Assembly: GCF_001194135.2 (NCBI RefSeq)
Contig: NC_068989.1
Location: 71,886,432-71,933,871, forward strand
Source: Octopus bimaculoides
Lineage: Eukaryota
Length of the DNA stretch: 47,440 bases
Direction of reading: 5' to 3'
This document shows positions 1 to 12,216 of the stretch, in pieces. Below the pieces are notes generated by a model. That model searched no databases and had not been told where the DNA came from. It saw only the letters and a list, made by a program, of their open reading frames with translations. Position numbers and translations under genes: made by a program. Each line of letters starts with the position of its first letter. Within the stretch, counting starts at the first letter, position 1.

Positions 1-783
1 ATATATATATATATATATATATATATGTCATATATGTATGTCAGATATATTCTGTACCTGAAAGGAAGAAGAAACTTCGTGCGATCGACTGGCGATGAAC
101 AGAAGTGTCTCATTCATGGCAAGATATTTCTGCCTCTAAATGATTTCCTATTATTTCCTCACTCCCCAATAAATTACTACAAACGATTATTAACATGGTG
201 AGTCATCATCCTCACCACCCACATTTCCATGACTCAGATGGAATTTCTTGAAACAGATTTACTACAACTGGATCCCCTTTCTGTTGAGAACCCTTGCTTG
301 TTTGCAAGCAAGGTAACATTCCCCCGCCCACCTTAGCTAGACATATTTTTCAAGAAAGACTGAAAACGAACAACCTCACTCGCATCATGATGATGATGTT
401 CATTTACAACCATCATATGATATCTACACACACACACAAGTTAAAGACACTTACTCAAAGTGCAGCACAGTGGTTGGGAAGCAAGCTTTTTAATCACAGA
501 GCCAGATCAGTAATTTGTTAGTCGTATTTGCCTGGTATATGTCAAGAGACAGGTGGCTAATCTTCCTTAGCTTCAAATAAGTGTTATCAGTATTATACAC
601 GTATATATGTGTACACTTAAGCACATTTACAAACAAATACAGGCATTTATACACACATATGCTGTGACTATAAGTGTGGAGGCCAAAATTCAACAAAGTA
701 GAAAACAGATGTCAACAATCTATATATATAAAACACAGGGATATGTGTGTCTGTCTGTGTGTTTGTCATGTCTGTCTATCTAT

Positions 784-1332
784 NNNNNNNNNNNNNNNNN
801 NNNNNNNNNNNNNNNNNNNNNNNNNNNNNNNNNNNNNNNNNNNNNNNNNNNNNNNNNNNNNNNNNNNNNNNNNNNNNNNNNNNNNNNNNNNNNNNNNNNN
901 NNNNNNNNNNNNNNNNNNNNNNNNNNNNNNNNNNNNNNNNNNNNNNNNNNNNNNNNNNNNNNNNNNNNNNNNNNNNNNNNNNNNNNNNNNNNNNNNNNNN
1001 NNNNNNNNNNNNNNNNNNNNNNNNNNNNNNNNNNNNNNNNNNNNNNNNNNNNNNNNNNNNNNNNNNNNNNNNNNNNNNNNNNNNNNNNNNNNNNNNNNNN
1101 NNNNNNNNNNNNNNNNNNNNNNNNNNNNNNNNNNNNNNNNNNNNNNNNNNNNNNNNNNNNNNNNNNNNNNNNNNNNNNNNNNNNNNNNNNNNNNNNNNNN
1201 NNNNNNNNNNNNNNNNNNNNNNNNNNNNNNNNNNNNNNNNNNNNNNNNNNNNNNNNNNNNNNNNNNNNNNNNNNNNNNNNNNNNNNNNNNNNNNNNNNNN
1301 NNNNNNNNNNNNNNNNNNNNNNNNNNNNNNNN
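784..1332. other. Assembly gap (N run)
   Basis: N characters. Other gaps at 3277-3286, 14865-15274 and 28801-29153. Poly-X ORFs are artefacts. Confidence 1.
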
Positions 1333-2448
1333 GAACTTGCAAATCAAACCTTTAATAACTTCTGTTCGCTGCAACCGATTTCCTTAGAATTTGGTAGGAA
1401 CATTACTTGTGGTCAAAATAATAATTTGAACTATTTTTTTTCTCAGCGTCGTCTGTCATCCTATGACTCTGATGCTCTTACAAGATACGTCGTTGAAACT
1501 GAACCAAAATTGCTTCCAGACCGGCAACACGCTTATAACACCATCGTTGACAGCATTCACCACCGACAAGGTGGTATCTTCTTCATGGATGCACCTGAGG
1601 GATAGGGAAAACATTCGTGACGAAACTTCTTACTAAAGTAAGGCAGCACAAGGGAATCGCGTTAGTTGTGGCCTTATCAAGGATTGCGACAACACTCCTA
1701 CCGGTGACAGGAAAGCACACTCTATCTTCAAGCTTCCTCTGAATTTGACAACATCTGAAACATCTACGTGCAACATCAACAAAAACTATGCAAAGGCAGA
1801 AGTGCTTAAAAAGTGCCATCTAAATGTGTGGGATGAATGTACTATGGCACACAGGGGAGCTATTGAAGCACTTAATAAGACCTTACAAGATATAAGAGAC
1901 TGTGAGGATTCAATGGAAGTTGTAACAGTCTTATTATCCGGTGATTTCAGGCAGACTCTTCCTGTTATTCCTAAAGGAACTAGGGTAGATGCAGTGTGAG
2001 CATGCCTGAAATCTTCACCATTGAGGTGACATGTCAAAATTCTGAAACTTCATATCAACATGCGGGCTCAACTGTATGGAGACTATATGTCTGCTTCATT
2101 TTCTTTGGGCATTCTGAAAACTGGAGATGGCAAGGTACCTTTGGATTCAAATGGAGGAATGGAAGTCGATTGGGTTTGCAACATTGTCAACACTGCTGGT
2201 GACCTGACAACGGCATTGTTTCCTAATCTGCAGGAAAACTACAAAAACCATGATTGGTTATGTGAAAGAGCAATACTTGCTCCCAAGAATAGCACTGTAA
2301 ATAGAATCAATGAACACTTTCTGCAGTGTCTTTCTAAACACGTTCACACTTATAAGTCAGTGGACACAATTCAAAATCCTGAAAAGGTTGTCCATTATCC
2401 TGCTGAATTCCTAAATTCATTAGAACCCCCTGGATTACCTCCTAACCG
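1333..2448 (+). pseudogene. Helitron RepHel PIF1-like helicase remnant
   Basis: Pieces in several frames: FFMDAPEG-frameshift-GKTF (Walker A), VWDECTM (Walker B), LLSGDFRQTLPVIP, WLCERAILAPKN, YPAEFLNSLEPPGLPP. Contains stops and frameshifts; the 5' part is lost in the gap. Confidence 0.93.
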
Positions 2449-2679
2449 AGAAAGTAAAAATGCATTTATTTATTATTTTTTTTAATTAATCAATAGAAAA
2501 AGAGCAAGAACAAGAGAGAAAGTGTGAAGTTTTTATTAATCCAAAAATAAACAATATGGATTCAATAAAAAGAGAGAAAAAATACTTCAAATAAAAATTA
2601 AAACAACAAGGATTTTTGACTCAAAATTTCCAAGGATAATTAATATATTAGTAGCAGCAATAATAATAATAATAATAAT

Positions 2680-2893
2680 CCTTTCTATTATAGACACAAG
2701 GCTGGAAATTTGTGGGGAGGGGCCTAATCGATTACATCGACCCTTGTGCTTCACTGGTACTTAATTTATCAACCCTGAAAGGATGAAAGGCAAAGTTGAC
2801 CTCAGCAGAATTTGAACTCAGAATGTAGTGATGGGCGAAATACCGTTAAGTATTTCATCCGGCATACTAACAATTCTGCCAGCTCACTGCCTA
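2680..2893 (-). mobile_element. SINE family C (tRNA-like head, GGATGAAAGGCAAAG core, (ATT)n tail)
   Basis: GACCCTGAAAGGATGAAAGGCAAAGTTGACCTCAGCAGAATTTGAACTC core. Copies at about 13808-14022, 21215-21427, 21450-21655, 27514-27741, 30720-30944, 32630-32745(+), 32978-33190(+), 35590-35800, 36215-36400, 36415-36600, 36625-36840 and 38705-38870. Confidence 0.88.
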
Positions 2894-3153
2894 AATAATA
2901 TTAATAAGTCCTTTCTACTATAGGCACACGACCTGAAATTTTGGGGGAGATAGATTAGATCTGACCCCTTTACAGAGTGTACTAGGTGTGTTTTTTTTGT
3001 GACACCAGCACTAGTGAGGTCACCAAATAACTTGCAAGACAAGTCCCCTCAACTGAGTGGGGTGTAGTATTAAAGGAGGTTGATTCATACAAGGTAATGA
3101 GCCTGGTGTCTTGCTATAGAGGAGATACACTGCTACCCCAGCTGGAAAGAGAT

Positions 3154-3575
3154 GGTGGTGATGAGGTGTCAGGGTATCCCCTCAAAATGCAAGAAGGTGG
3201 AGATGAGGTGTCAGGGTGTACCCTCAAAATGCAAGAAGGTGGAGATGAGGTGTCAGGGTGTACCCTCAAAATGCAANNNNNNNNNNTGGTGATGAGGTGT
3301 CAGGGTATCCCCTCAAAATGCAAGAAGGTGGAGATGAGGTGTCAGGGTGTACCCTCAAAATGCAAGAAGGTGGAGATGAGGTGTCAGGGTGTACCCTCAA
3401 AATGCAAGAAGGAGGTGATGAGGTGTCAGGGTGTACCCTCAAAATGCAAGAAGGTGGAGATGAGGTGTCAGGGTGTACCCTCAAAATGCAAGAAGGTGGA
3501 AATGAGGTGTCAGGGTGTACCCTCAAAATGCAAGAAGGTGGAGATGAGGTGTCAGAGTGTACCCTGAAAATGTAA
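3154..3575. repeat. 42-bp minisatellite, about 10 units, split by a 10-N gap
   Basis: Unit GGTGGAGATGAGGTGTCAGGGTGTACCCTCAAAATGCAAGAA. Explains ORFs 3097-3567, 3258-3575 and 3266-3631. Confidence 0.95.
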
Positions 3576-3740
3576 AAGAGAGAATATGGACAGAGGTTCA
3601 GAAAAGGTAGGTGGGATAGATATGTTCTCAAGTGTGAAATGAAGTTGACAGTTGGCTAGAGATGCATGGTCAGTGGTGAATATCAGTTTAAGGGGAAGGA
3701 AGAGGAAGGGGTGATAAGTGATAACGTTATGGTAAAAGTT

Positions 3741-4500
3741 TTCTTCTCAGCTGAGATTAAAAGCAAAATTTCACTTTTACAGTCTGAACATCTTGTTTAT
3801 ATAAATCCATGAAATTTTGTTTCTCAAATCAGACTAAACCCAAAATTTATCTTCCTCACTGTCTGGAAATTCCCTTTTATACAAATCTATAGTATATTAC
3901 AGAGAACAATTTCTTCTCAACTGAGATTAATAGCAACATTTCTCTTCTTCAGAATAGAAATCCTCGATATAGAAATTCATCATGATTATGACGAAGAATT
4001 TCTTCTCAGCTGAGATTAAAAGTCAAATTTCTCTTCTTTATTATTTGGGAATCTTGTTTCTATAACTATCGTGAATTACTGTGAAATATTTCTTCAGAAC
4101 CAAGATTATGAGCAAAAAATTTATTTCCTTCAGATTGGAAATTCTGTTAATAATATAAATGTAAAGTGAAATACAGTGAAATAATTTTCAGGATCTAGGT
4201 TAAGGGTAAAAATTTAGCCTTTCCATTTTAGAAATCTTGTTTATATAACTTTATGGTGAATTATTGTGAAATATTTCTACTCAACTGAGATTAAAAGCAA
4301 AATTTCTCTTCTTCACTGTCTGGAAATTCTGTTTTCATATCTCTATCGTGAATTACTGTGAAATATTTCTTCAAACCAAGATTAAGAGCAAAATTTGTCT
4401 TCTTCAGTTTGGAAATGCTGTTTATATAAATCACTTTATAGGATATTACAGTGAAATATTTCTTCTCAACAGAGATTAGTAGCAAAATTTACTTCTTTTT
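3741..4500. repeat. Degenerate ~90-bp AT-rich tandem repeat, about 9 units
   Basis: Recurrent TTCTTCTCA(A/G)CTGAGATTAA(A/T)AGCAAAATTTCTCTTC...GTGAAATATT at about 3741, 3818, 3911, 4000, 4089, 4185, 4274, 4366 and 4459. Confidence 0.85.
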
Positions 4501-4868
4501 TCATGATCTGAAATGCATACAAGATTGTATCATTTTTCAGATATTGACAAAGACCACCGTTAATGGAAGTACAGTAGTAGAAGTATTTGTAAGGAATAAA
4601 CTATAAAAACAAAAGAAAGAAAAAGCATCCATGTATTGTTGTGAGAGAAGAAAAGTTATAGCAAAACCAATTATGTGATTGATTTTTTTTTTAACAACTT
4701 GGAGAGATGTCGAAAGAGAGAGACTAGTTGTATTATCACTGTGATATCTGTAAAAAGTCTTCTCAAAAAGATAGACTCACTGTTCACAAACGCAGTCAAA
4801 CAGAAGGAAAAAAACCTATAACCTGTAGTTAAATCATTCTCTCATATCCATAACCTTAACACACACAT

Positions 4869-5110
4869 ATCATCATCATCATCATTATCGTTTAACGTCC
4901 GCTTTCCATGCTAGCATGGGTTGGACGATTTGACTGAGGACTGGTGAAACCGGATGGCAACACCAGGCTCCAGTCTGATTTGGCAGAGTTTCTACAGCTG
5001 GATGCCCTTCCTAACGCCAACCACTCAGAGAGTGTAGTGGGTGCTTTTACGTGTCACCCGCACAAAAACGGCCACGCTCGAAATGGTGTCTTTTATGTGC
5101 CACCCGCACA
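4869..5110 (-). mobile_element. RTE-tail repeat (truncated LINE 3' end or tail-sharing SINE), young copy
   Basis: (CAT)n-CGTTTAACGTCCGCTTTCCATGCTAGCATGGG... Similar copies at about 15560-15740, 16180-16475, 21760-21960, 25268-25445, 25960-26300, 30230-30510, 31411-31680, 33205-33480, 33650-33972, 34617-35075, 37325-37650, 38156-38500, 41020-41175, 41208-41325, 44281-44550 and 47263-47440. These are the source of the recurring LQLDALPNANH ORFs. Confidence 0.9.
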
Positions 5111-6189
5111 AGCCATATTCAAATACCTGTACTTGCTCTTAGTATTTGATAATGAGTATAGGATCCTGACTGGAGGAAGATTACCTTACCACCGCCTAAG
5201 GAAGAGTATTAATGAAAGGGGTGGAAAGAAGGGATACATATTCATGTGACAGTAACAAAGGAATTTAGTTTTGTTCCTGTGACCATAACAGATGCCTCAC
5301 TGGGCAAAATTTTTGCAACAGAGAAACATTGAGATGTCCTGTTTGGCCAGGAATCTGACTGGAATTCAGACTGATGCACACAAAATTGTAATGTGAATCA
5401 GATGATAAGCATTGATGGTTGCAAGAAGGCAAGCCACAGAGGTAAAGTCAATGCACCTGCAAAAGAGTGTTTGGGGCCAGCAAGTGAAGATAAGATGGTT
5501 TAAAGCAGATGGATTGCTAATCTACAAAGAGTTCAAAAATGCTGTAATGAAGAAAACAAAAATTAGGAAGAATTGATTTTTGGTGGAAGAAGAGCTTCAA
5601 GTACTCATTGATATAATCTGTTACACAGGCGAGGAAATGTTTGGCACATAAAATGGAAATGGTAGAAATAAAGTGCCAAGAGGTAATATGAAGAGGAGTC
5701 CAGGAGGAAGAAACCTTTGATGAGTAGTTGGACTGAAGCAAGGGAAGAAGAAAAGGTACCTTTGAAAATGCTGTATGATGATGTTAAGAAATGCCACTGT
5801 CAGTTGGTGTGAATCAAGAAAGAGGAAGGCTCAAGTAATAGGGTTCATTGAATATGCAAATGCAAGTATGCAAATGGGTTGTTTCAGGAGAGCAGAAATG
5901 GTCACCTGACCAGTAGAAGGGATGAGCTGAAGACCCACTTCTGTATTATGTATAATGGTAATCTTCAAGATACCCACTACACCAGCAATGCAAGAGATAC
6001 TGAAAGTGACAGTAGCTGGAGGAAAATTTGACTTTAGATACCTTTGAATGAAAAAAAACTTCAGTTTTTTTTTTAATCAAAAAGATATGACTGAAGCATG
6101 TGCCAGACCAGGATGGAGTGCTATATAGAAATATTCCATTCTGAGCAACAAACTATTTTTCATTCTTTGACTAGTTTAAAAAGAGAAGA

Positions 6190-7300
6190 TTATGGATTGC
6201 TGGGAAAGACTAGAAGTCATCCACCTTCTTAAAGAACAGAACCCATCAACTTTTAACTAATTCAAACCAATTTCTCAAATGAAAGTTAAAGGATAAATAT
6301 TCCTCAGCATTATTGCTATACAAATGATTACATTTCTGTTAGAAAATGGTTTCTGTATCAATAGGAATCCCAAATATATCAGATTGTATACAATATGCAA
6401 CTATGGAATGTCATACAAACAACAAAGGAGGAGAAAAGTAACCTGAGAAATGATTTTGGGTCAGTTCTACACATTCTACACAAACTGTTTCAGTATGCTG
6501 TCGAGCTGTTCTGGATTTTGCTTGAAATCAGAAGATCAATAAAGGATTATTATTATAGTAAATTCTATATGTTCTTTGCCACAAAAAATACATAATGACT
6601 TGGGACAAGTTGGAAGTAAGAACTGCAGCTAAGTGCACATTGTCAGTTGGTTGGTTGATACTTTGAATGGAAGTCGTCCTACAAGGAACAATGGACCACA
6701 GCCACAAGATAAAGATCTGCTACTTAAAGAATGGATGATGTAGCATTGTTGGCAAAGAAGAAGTATTCAATGATGAAATCCTGTGCAGACTGGATTAGGA
6801 CGAGTCGATAAACTGAGCAAAAGTGTATTTAAAAGTAAAGTAAGTGTGTAATGTAACTCTTATGAAAAGAAAGCAGAAAGAAGTGAAGTATGAAAATGCA
6901 GAAGTCAGGTTTATGATAACAAGAGAGACAGTGAAATGCCTGGGGAAACTGTAATATGGATTATTTAACAACAGAGATAAGGGGATCAAAATGTACAAAA
7001 TGGTGGAAACAGATTCTTGATGTTTCACAAAGCATGGCTCCTAGGCAAATTCAAGCTTTGGTGCAGTTTGCTCTTTACTTCGGACTGGAAAGGTTACTGG
7101 TGATAAATGAAGTTGAGCAAATACATGATGAGACTATTAAGCAGAAAGATAACTCTTATATTCACAAGTGGCAATTATTGCCATGGACCTCTGCACCTTG
7201 TCTGTTAGAATTACTTATCCTGTTAATAGTTGAGCTGTATAAGTGTAAGAAGGTGTACATTATATTGATGTTGGGCCATGTGAATAATTAGGTCATCTGT
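6190..7300 (+). mobile_element. Highly degraded non-LTR retrotransposon RT, probably Hero-like (RLE clade)
   Basis: Fragments LWNVIQTTKEEKSNL..FGSV(L)H..L, VKCLGK, LLGKFKLWC-QFALY and IHKWQLLP recall the Hero-type RT motifs AK.EK..L.VVWLDLANAYGSVPH and LPGKFK.W..QF.LLPRL. Many disruptions; clade assigned from memory. Confidence 0.55.
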
Positions 7301-7529
7301 TTCTCCCTTCTGGAGATGAAGACTAGGAAAAAAAATAATAAATGGCAGTTGAGACAACAAACAACATGGCATCTCTAGAGTCTGAGGATATAGTAAGACC
7401 CACACAGACCAAATTTAAAACAAAAAGCACCCCTCAAAATTTCAAGTTAATCTATGCCATGCTATTAATCAGAGATAAAAAGGATGTGATGACATTTTAG
7501 TGATGATAGTGACATCGATTTAACTATCT

Positions 7530-8090
7530 TGAGAGGCATGAACAGGTTCACTTTGGATAAGCTCAGGAAAGACCTGATCTGCACTCATAACTTCTTACAG
7601 CTTAGTGTTACCATTAAGACCAGAGTTAATTTCTTAGATGTAACATTCAAATGAAGCACTGGTTAATACAGGCCCAACTGCAAACCAAATGAAAGACTTG
7701 CTCATCAACACAGCCTCCTGCAACCTTCCAATAACATTTAAAGACTGTCAATGCGAAGATTTTGAACTTTTCCACAAATAAAGATTTCCCTGATACAGCC
7801 ACCTTCTTTTATAACAAGGCTCTGGCAGAAAATGGATTTAAGGACTGCATCACTTATACACCCTGCCCTAATGCCCACAAGGGAAAGTACTTCCACAGTC
7901 ATTTAGTTTGCCACTCTACCCACAGTCTCACTCAATGTGAAAACCTGCATGAGAGGGGTCTTTCTTAGATTAGTGGATAAGAAATTTATATTGGATCATA
8001 GGTATAGGAAAACATTCAATCAGCATATAATTTCAGGGTCTTGTTGAGCTGTGTACCTAATGTTAAAAAGCTGTTAGTATCTCAAAGTAT
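7530..8090 (+). mobile_element. Penelope-like element RT C-terminal/linker remnant
   Basis: RVNFLDVTF..STG.YRP..KPN, then FYNKALAENGF and FLRLVDKKF....RKTFN...SCVPNV, resembling the PLE RT thumb and linker. Frameshifted. Confidence 0.65.
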
Positions 8091-9028
8091 GACACATTCC
8101 TCTACCAGATAGATCCTGCTGACTCACCCAACCCAAGTCAGGATCAAAGAAGGAAATTGAAAGATGTTGATGATGATGATGGGTGATGATGATAATATAG
8201 ATATATTATATAAAAATACTAAGCATATAACATGATTGCAGGTCAAATTTTCTGACCTTGTGTATTCGGACGTGTGAATCTTTCATGTCATTCTCAGGTA
8301 CAACCAAGATGACCCAAAGTGTGATAAGGGCTGGACTTTTGAATTACAAATAGAACCCACCTGACGGCCTCCTATACAGATTCTGTCTTCCCAATTTCAC
8401 TCAGAAGATCTTGGTTGTAGGGTTGTAGAAAATGACATTTGCTGATGATGATATGCAGTAGAATCAACACCAAGATCTTATGATTAGGAAATGAAGTTCT
8501 TAAATATTCAGACATACTGTGTCTACACTGGTATTCTGTATACCCTTAATGTAGTTCTCAAGGAGATTCAGCATGACACAAAATGTGACAAAGCTGGCCC
8601 TTTGAATTACAAGTACTACTAATTTTTGCCAGCCAAGTGGACTGGAGCAGCATGAAATAAAGTGTCTGGTTCAAGAACACAATATGCCACCAGGAACTGA
8701 ACTCATGACCATAGGATTGAGAGCTGAAGACTCTAACCACTAAACCACATGCTTTCTAAATTGCGTGTACAGTATAGGAAACATGTTAAATAATGATGGT
8801 GATCACAAAATATATGTAATATATTTATAATATATACATAAATATATATTGTGTGCGTGTGCATATACCCATATACATAGACACATTGACACTTATAATC
8901 ACACACACACACATAGTGGCAGTGCCCCAGCATTGCTGAAGTTCATTGATTGAAACAAGTAAAAGAATAAATAAATAAATATATATGCATATAATTAATA
9001 TACACAAATAAGTTTCACTTTCTGCTTC

Positions 9029-9059
<31 letters not shown>

Positions 9060-9726
9060 TGCAGTTAAGTATATATCTGGTCATAGAGTGGCTAATGATT
9101 TTGCATCCATGAAGCACTTAGCTTTATGGATGGCTTGTCAGACCCTAATGGCAAAGGGCATATACCTCTTCAAACTGTGGAGGTATATATATACATAAAT
9201 ACATACACATATACAAAATATATAGTCAAGTGAAAATAAATGTTTTATCTCATGGCTCGACATCCATACCACTGTGTTGTTAATGTCTGAACTTCTACAA
9301 ATCTGTGAAGTGATTCATTTATATATGTTGATGTGAATATGGTTTCTTCATGTTTCTGTTTGCTGATTGGTGGTTACCCTAGCCACCATTATCAATTTAA
9401 GACTATTCCTCATGGCTGGCAATGGAGGACAATCTCATACTTCCCCTCTTGCCTCTTTGTATCCAGGTTTATTTATGTATTAAAGTGAACTGTAATTACA
9501 GTCCCCTTTTTTTTTCTTTTTTTTTTCTTTTCTTTTGCAAAGACTGTTTGCAAGTTGTTTTTTTTAGCAGGTAAGTCTTGCTTTCAGTTTGATAAATGGG
9601 GAAATAAATTATTATTTTGACCAGGAAACCTTGGGTAGTTATTTGCAAAATTTATGGGGTTTTTGTTTAAGATTATCTTTGCTCTCTTAGCTGGTTAAAT
9701 GCTTTCCTATTTGTTGAAGCACTGCC

Positions 9727-9771
<45 letters not shown>

Positions 9772-10599
9772 ATATGTTCCAGGTGTGCTAGGTGTGTGCT
9801 GCACACCCACTGAAAATGGCAAATTCATTATAAGTATTAACCTCACTCATTAATTTAATCACAAATCATAAGGGAAAACTTTTGTTATACCTCTGCTTGA
9901 AATTTGGTGGCAAGTGTCCTCACACCTCACAGCACATTGTATCATAATATAGTACTGGGTGTATTGTAGGGTAATGGGGAGAATGACAAAAATTAATGGC
10001 AAAGTGTGTGTGACAGCTTTGACAGCATGGTTGCATGTTTGTTTTTCATGACAAGAAGTTAGACATTAAACCTAAATTAAAACTAATTTTTTTTTTACAA
10101 TATCATCATATAACTTTGATCTTAATTTGTTTTCAAAACTAATAATATACTTTTAGAAGTCAGAAACAAAACTGAAGTCAGGCACTGTTAGCACACCAAA
10201 CATGACAAGTTGGGGAGTATCAGCTGTTTTGTCGTTAGTCACTGAAAACAGTTCAATGTTAAGAGTTGTACATTGATATTTTACTCAGTGAATTTTATGA
10301 TTTTATTAGTTGTGTACTTAGGCATTTTATTTAAAATTTAATTAGTGTTGATCTTAACCCTTCAGCATTTAAGCTGGCCAAATCTAACACAAACATTCTA
10401 CATGTTTTTACATTCACATTGGCCATAGCTAACCTCTCACACCTAACCTACACTAGCATTCTAAAAATAAACAATCACATCATAGAAACCTCAAAGTTAT
10501 AAGATAATGCATGATTAATTCAAACAATTTGAATAAAAAAGCATTACATTTCACAGAGTAATCTGAATACTAATGGATTAAAGAATCACTAATTACTAT

Positions 10600-11420
10600 C
10601 AATTGAAGACAATCATCAAATTTCGAAAGACTCTTAAGAAAGGTGAGATTCACATCAGAACAAATAATGCAGGTAACAAACTATAGAGACCTTTGTTGTA
10701 GGACATTTAAAATAACTGAACGGAGAACAATCAAATAATTCAAGAAAAGGAAGGAATTTAAGGTAAATGCAGACATGAAGTGCAAAACAATATATTTAAT
10801 TTACTGCATCATGTACCTACTATGCAATAAAAATTATATTGGCCAAATGGGATCATAATGAATGAGTGAGAGTACATAAACAACAAATCAAAATATTCCT
10901 TGTGAATATCTAAACATGTGTGCAATAAATAAATTCAAAATATTTCTGTTTTTCAAAATAAAGGAAGAAAATGATCAGCTATGAAAGTAAAAAGAAGACT
11001 ACTGTTTAAGGATTCTAAATCTAAAACTAAACCAGAAATAGCACTAATATTAAAAACAACTCTGTCAATATGATTTACTCCATAACAATTGTGGCTGAAA
11101 AACTGTAAACAGTGAAAACATTTAAACATAATACAAAAATTTTTTTCCAAAAGATTTATGCTGTTCTGTTTTTAAATTTAAGAAAATCTTTCTTCAAATT
11201 AGTGGACTATATCAAGAATTCTTTTCAAACATTTTATACGCGGACGTTAAATAATGATGATGATATGAGAGGTATTGGTATCCAGAAGATCCAAGGTGGC
11301 AGGTAAGGCTATGTTAGTGCTGAGCTCCGCTCGAAACGTCATACTCTCTCTCTTTCCTTTCCCGAGCATCTTGTAACACAATCTGTATCACGTTCTCACG
11401 TTGTTGTTTTTTGTCTTTTT
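10600..11420 (+). mobile_element. Penelope-like element GIY-YIG endonuclease remnant with 3' terminal-repeat-like sequence
   Basis: FKVNADMKCKT..IY....C..C.KNYIGQ (TATATTGGC at 10835-10843), HKQQIK, KEENDQL..KEDYCLRILNLKLN. A degenerate hammerhead-like motif follows at about 11320-11345. Confidence 0.7.
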
Positions 11421-11427
11421 TTGAACT

Positions 11428-11459
<32 letters not shown>

Positions 11460-11469
11460 TATATATATA

Positions 11470-11883
11470 CTCTTTACTCTCTTTTACTCTTTTATTTGTT
11501 TCAGTCATTTGACTGCGGCCATGCTGGAGCACTGCCTTTAGTCGAGCAAATCGATCCCAAGACTTATTCCTTAGAAGCCTAGTACTTATTCTATCAGTCT
11601 CTTTTGCCGAACCGCTAAGTTACGGGGACGTAAACACACCAGCATCGGTTGTCAAGCGATGTTGGGGGGACAAACACAGACACACAAACATATACACACA
11701 CACACATATATACATATATACGACGGGCTTCTTTCAGTTTCCGTCTACCAAATCCACTCACAAGGCTTTGGTCGGCCCGAGGCTATAGTAGAAGACACTT
11801 GCCCAAGGTGCCACGCAGTGGGACTGAACCCAGAACCATGTGGTTGGTAAGCAATCTACTTACCACACAGCCACTCCCGCGCC
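11470..11883 (-). mobile_element. tRNA-derived SINE, family A (full length)
   Basis: Minus-strand head GGCGCGGGAGTGGCTGTGTGGTAAG (A box) ... GGGTTCAGTCCC (B box), central (TA)/(TG) tract, tail ...GACTGAAACAAATAAAAGAG. Other copies at about 15370-15510, 17222-17610(+), 25483-25640(+), 28538-28800(+), 30515-30690, 31085-31260(+), 35803-36197, 39803-40189, 40915-40996, 44575-44968, 46280-46680 and 47105-47262(+). Confidence 0.92.
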
Positions 11884-12069
11884 TTACACACACACACACA
11901 CACATGTTTGAGTGTGTGTGTTTGTGTGGGGTTAGTAGAGAATATGTGAAAAGAGGTATCAGTACATGACTAGTTAATGAGTTGAAAGACTGTAGCAGAA
12001 GGAATCAATTCCCTTTCAGATACTTGAATAATAATGATTTTGCTATTTTCCTTCCTTTCCTTTTTTGCT

Positions 12070-12075
12070 TTTATT
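12070..12075 (-). promoter_or_regulatory. Candidate polyadenylation signal AATAAA of the transporter gene
   Basis: AATAAA on the minus strand about 140 nt after the stop. The region is AT-rich, so a chance match is plausible. Confidence 0.3.
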
Positions 12076-12216
12076 TTTACATTTAAAAATTTCTTCCTTT
12101 GCATAGATTTACAATTTCAGTTAACAATGAAAAAAACTTTGTACCATTCTTCAAAAACAAAACAAAACTAATAACAAAATATACTAACAAATAAAATATG
12201 CATGTTAAAATTGCGG

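Noticed and set aside
607-1605. Long ORFs containing X runs (also around 14724-15501 and 28640-29264)
   Set aside because: They are open only because they cross N gaps. Only the Helitron part after 1333 is meaningful.
3097-3631. Repetitive proteins (EGGDEVSGCTLKMQ)n and (VEMRCQGVPSKCKK)n
   Set aside because: Translations of a 42-bp minisatellite embedded in repeat DNA, with no splice or homology support.
4944-5249. Recurrent ORFs with LQLDALPNANHSESVVGAF (also 31483, 34717, 37400, 38230, 44398) and MLGGQTQTH.../SVSVYQIHSQGFG ORFs
   Set aside because: Antisense translations of the RTE-tail repeat and SINE family A, not a gene family.
10953-11150. Minus-strand 65-aa hydrophobic ORF as a candidate last exon
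   Set aside because: It is antisense to the Penelope GIY-YIG remnant. The real terminal exon at 12217-12350 fits phase and family pattern.
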